Origin: Arthrobacter sp.
GTDB lineage: Bacteria; Actinomycetota; Actinomycetes; Actinomycetales; Micrococcaceae
Assembly: GCA_031277795.1 (NCBI GenBank)
Contig: JAITLQ010000015.1
Location: 193,667-217,666, forward strand
Direction of reading: 5' to 3'
DNA length: 24,000 bases
Below are positions 21,522 through 24,000 of the stretch, piece by piece. Below the pieces are notes generated by a model that saw nothing but the letters and a program-made list of their open reading frames with translations, searched no databases and was not told the DNA's origin. Numbering within the stretch: position 1 is the stretch's first letter; the number at the start of each line of letters is the position of its first letter. The position numbers were made by a program, and so were the translations under genes.

Positions 21522-23168
21522 TCAGCGGGTGGGTGCGGTGGTCGACACGGCGGGCTCGGCGCCGTGCTCGGCCTGGGCCGCCTGGGCCGCCTGGGCCGCT
21601 TGGGCCGGCGCGGGTGCCTCGGCCGCGACCGCGGCCCCTTTGCCCGCGGCCGGGGCGCTGGAAGCGTCCGCCTGGCTGGCAGCCGGCGCCGCGACGTCGT
21701 GCACCGGGTCCGTCTCCGGCGCCTCGCCGGGGCGGCGCCAGATGACCGGGTGGCCGTCCTGCCTCTGGCGCACGAGGTAGAGCACGATCGAGAGGGAGAG
21801 CACGGCGAGGCCGATGAAGACCTCGCGGAAGCTGCCGTAGCCCGTGATCTCCGAACTCGTCACGCCGACCGCCAGGATGACGAGGTCGATGACGCAGAGG
21901 GCGCCGGCGATCCAGGTCCAGATGCGGCCAAGGCGGATGGGGCGTGGGAGGTCCGGGTGGCGGCGGCGCAGGCGGACGTAGCCGGAGAGCGTCAGGATGT
22001 GGCAGATGAGGTAACCCATGATGCCCGCCACGACCACGGCGAGGGCCTCGCCCACGAAGAGGATGAGGAACACGTTGACGAGCAGGTCCAGGCTCATGGC
22101 GCGCGCCGGGACGCCGGCCTTGTTGAGCTGACCGAGCTGCCTGACGGTGAGGCCGTCCACCGCCGCGCCGTGGAGGACGCGGCCGCCGGCGGCGGTGGTC
22201 ATGACCATGAGGAGCATGAGGCCGGCGATGAGGCAGAGCGTCATGAACCAGCCGGAGCCGGGGATGATCTGCTCGAAGGCCTGCAGGTAGAAGGTCACGG
22301 GGTTGGCGGAGATGTCGGCCTGCGGGGCGAGGCCGGCCACGCCGAGCGGGACGAGGAAGTACACGGCGACCACAAACACGCCGGCCATGCGCATGGCGAT
22401 CTTGGCGTCCTTCACGGGCTTCTTCATCTCGGGGACGAAGGAGGCCACCGACTCGATGCCGTAGACGGACCAGGCCATGACGAACATCCAGGCCAGGGAG
22501 ACCTGCCAGTCCGGGAAGCCGGTGTCGCCGAAGCCCACCGTGAGGTGGCTCGGGTCCCAGTGCGGGGAGATGAGCGGCGCGAGGGCGAAGAGGACGATCG
22601 GGATGAGGATGACCACGCCCGTGGCGTACATGATGCCCATGGCCGGGCGCATGCCCAGGATGTTCAGGCCCCACCCGAGGAAGAGGACGCCCAGCGCGAT
22701 GACGTGAGGCAGGCCGATCTGGGCGATGCCGGTGCTGATGGTCCACGTGGCATCGGGGAACCATTCGGCCTGGATCAGGGTGCCGATCTGCAGCCCGTAG
22801 ATGGCCAGGGAGCTGGACCAGGAGAACCAGTAGCCGAAGGTGGCGAGCGGGCCGGCCAGGGTGGTGGTCTGCTTCCAGGCCTGGTTGGCGTAGAGGGAGA
22901 TGCCGCCGACCTTGTGACCGAACATGGCGGCGAGCTCGGAGTAGATGTTGTTCTGCAGGGCCGCGAAGCAGGCCACGGCGATCACGAGGGCGATGGCCGT
23001 CCAGGCGCCCAGGGCGCCGAGGGCGTAACCGACCAGGATGAACAGGGCCGCCGGGATCGAGAGCGAAATGGTGAAGCCGTCCCACCAGCGCAGCGTCTGC
23101 TGGTACTCCGGCTGCGTGCCGGAGGGGGACGGGGACTGCGTCGGTAACGCCGTTGAGGGTGCGTCCAC
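21522..23168 (-). CDS. APC-superfamily amino acid/amine permease with an Ala/Gln/Pro-rich cytoplasmic C-terminal tail
   Basis: GTG at 23168 is preceded by AGGAGA. The 548-aa polytopic protein includes WDGFTISLSIPAALF...GGISLYANQAW...FGYWFSWSS.... The last 80 aa or so are low-complexity. Confidence 0.88.
   Translation of the reverse strand: MDAPSTALPTQSPSPSGTQPEYQQTLRWWDGFTISLSIPAALFILVGYALGALGAWTAIALVIAVACFAALQNNIYSELAAMFGHKVGGISLYANQAWKQTTTLAGPLATFGYWFSWSSSLAIYGLQIGTLIQAEWFPDATWTISTGIAQIGLPHVIALGVLFLGWGLNILGMRPAMGIMYATGVVILIPIVLFALAPLISPHWDPSHLTVGFGDTGFPDWQVSLAWMFVMAWSVYGIESVASFVPEMKKPVKDAKIAMRMAGVFVVAVYFLVPLGVAGLAPQADISANPVTFYLQAFEQIIPGSGWFMTLCLIAGLMLLMVMTTAAGGRVLHGAAVDGLTVRQLGQLNKAGVPARAMSLDLLVNVFLILFVGEALAVVVAGIMGYLICHILTLSGYVRLRRRHPDLPRPIRLGRIWTWIAGALCVIDLVILAVGVTSSEITGYGSFREVFIGLAVLSLSIVLYLVRQRQDGHPVIWRRPGEAPETDPVHDVAAPAASQADASSAPAAGKGAAVAAEAPAPAQAAQAAQAAQAEHGAEPAVSTTAPTR
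21571..21606 (-). repeat. In-frame 9-bp tandem repeat x4 (GCCTGGGCC) in the permease tail
   Basis: The plus strand reads GCCTGGGCC x3 then GCTTGGGCC. On the coding strand this encodes AQAAQAAQAAQA. Confidence 0.9.
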
Positions 23169-23249
23169 GCGTATCTCTCCTGTGTGTGGACCCGCTGGGG
23201 GAGCGGGTGAAGAGGGGCGCCGGTGCGGACGGCGCGACGAAGTGTGACG

Positions 23250-23301
23250 ACGCTAACAGTCACGCAATGCGTGGCGCAAGTCTCTTCCAGCAACGCATTG
23301 C
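23250..23301 (-). promoter_or_regulatory. Bipartite conserved cis-element (copy 2) overlapping a candidate promoter of the APC-permease operon
   Basis: The minus strand reads GCAATGCGTTGCT (23301-23289), N14, CCACGCATTGCGTG (23274-23261). A possible -35 TTGCGC (23279-23274) and -10 TAGCGT (23255-23250) place the CACGC-N3-GCGTG palindrome inside an 18-nt spacer. Confidence 0.45.
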
Positions 23302-23360
23302 GAATTTCTTGGGTGCAGCGGTGTCGCATGTCCCGCTGGTGAGTTTGCACCAAACAATGA

Positions 23361-23372
23361 CTGATGCATCAG
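23361..23372. promoter_or_regulatory. Perfect 12-bp palindrome CTGATGCATCAG in the AT-richer divergent intergenic region
   Basis: Read directly from the sequence. It lies in the 335-bp gap between the permease start (23168) and the surface-protein start (23504). Confidence 0.35.
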
Positions 23373-23503
23373 GTAAATTGACCGAAATTGTCAGCTTTTT
23401 CCTTAAGCGTGAAACGAATCCCCTATTTCTGAGGACCAACGATCGCGTACTAGAGTCGAAAGGCTGTTCGGATTTCACCCTGCTTGTTGTCAGAAAGGTC
23501 GTC

Positions 23504-24000
23504 ATGCCTCATCGCTCATTGCCGGATCCTCTGGGGTCCGCTCACTCGGACGCGTCGCGCGCGCGTCCCGCTCCATGGAGTGGGCTCAAACATCTAGTGG
23601 CGGTGACGGCCGCCTTCCTGCTCGCCTTCGGCTCGCTCGTGGGCCTGAGTGTGGCCCCTGCCACCGCGGCCCCGGGCGACAGTCCGCTGAGCGCCACGGT
23701 CAATCACGTGGCCAGCGCGAACGGCAAGCCCGTTCCGGGCGCCGAGGTGACCCCCGGTGAGGTGCTGAACCCCGGCGCCGAGCTCATGCTGGCCGTCTCG
23801 TACGGCCCGCAGGAGGGCGAGACCTGGGCCGACCTGGCCGGCAAGAGCTACACGATCAAGATCGACGGCCCCATCGCCGACCTGAGCGCCGCCCTGACGG
23901 ACAACGAGGCCCTCAAGTCCTTCGTGGTCAGCCCGGACGATCCGAACAGCTACATCATCACCTTCGCGGACGAGATCCCCGAGGACACAATCGACGGCTA
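23504..24000 (+). CDS. 5' part of a secreted, probably cell-surface protein (adhesin/pilin-like N-terminal domain); continues beyond the window
   Basis: This ORF is absent from the ORF track because it has no stop in the window. ATG at 23504 is preceded by AAAGG, and the frame stays open to 24000 with high GC3. The signal peptide is ...LKHLVAVTAAFLLAFGSLVGLSVAPATAAPG. The mature region VNHVASANGKPVPGAEVTPGEVLNPGAELMLAVSYG...YTIKIDGP resembles the beta-rich N-domains of Gram-positive surface proteins. Confidence 0.7.
   Translation, partial: MPHRSLPDPLGSAHSDASRARPAPWSGLKHLVAVTAAFLLAFGSLVGLSVAPATAAPGDSPLSATVNHVASANGKPVPGAEVTPGEVLNPGAELMLAVSYGPQEGETWADLAGKSYTIKIDGPIADLSAALTDNEALKSFVVSPDDPNSYIITFADEIPEDTIDG

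Noticed and set aside
23260-23505. 81-aa minus-strand ORF filling the AT-richer divergent promoter region
   Set aside because: It has no SD, and its ATG is back-to-back with the surface-protein ATG. It would occupy the whole regulatory region, including the shared operator boxes, and its composition is unlike local genes. I cannot fully exclude a small protein, but I judge it spurious.
1-24000. Search by eye for tRNA/rRNA genes, CRISPR arrays, transposases, integrases, phage or toxin-antitoxin/defence genes
   Set aside because: I saw no GTTCGAATC-type T-arm signatures, no regularly spaced repeats of 25-40 bp with unique spacers, and no proteins with recognisable transposase, integrase or defence motifs. 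The palindromic elements have no associated transposase in the window.

Overview
High-GC (roughly 70% by eye) actinobacterial chromosomal segment. Gene content and a secreted surface-protein N-terminus are reminiscent of Actinomycetaceae, but I cannot verify the taxon here. I call 24 protein-coding genes, 2 of them truncated by the window edges. I found no rRNA, tRNA, CRISPR array, transposase or phage genes. Many long ORFs in the six-frame track are antisense or N-terminally over-extended high-GC artefacts, and I re-set several starts using SD sequences and stop/start overlaps.

Gene order:
- unknown 3' gene end
- thioredoxin
- DUF2236/MpaB-like oxygenase
- class I/II aminotransferase
- septum-formation-domain lipoprotein (-)
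- ABC ATPase, ABC-2 permease, HisKA_3 kinase and NarL-type regulator
- minus-strand operon: Lrp/AsnC regulator, NodB-type deacetylase, C45 Ntn-hydrolase, APC permease
- divergent, translationally coupled pair of phosphotriesterase-homology (PHP) proteins, the first with degenerate metal ligands
- HxlR::peroxiredoxin fusion regulator (-), divergent from an MFS transporter and a GNAT with an extra C-terminal domain
- minus-strand catabolic cluster: APC permease, VOC, SDR, Rieske oxygenase, VanB-type reductase
- 5' end of a secreted surface protein

Most interesting observations:
1. The HxlR-peroxiredoxin single-chain fusion, with its own 7-1-7 palindrome.
2. The uncharacterised three-hydrolase plus importer locus with a PHP pseudoenzyme partner.
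3. A dispersed family of roughly 100-bp palindromic intergenic elements.
4. A bipartite cis-element (GCAATGCGTTGCT-N14-CCACGCrTTGCGTG) shared by the two APC-permease operons.
5. An unusually structured 446-bp thioredoxin upstream region that includes a CsoR/RicR-like palindrome.

All family calls come from motif recognition by eye. No database search was run.
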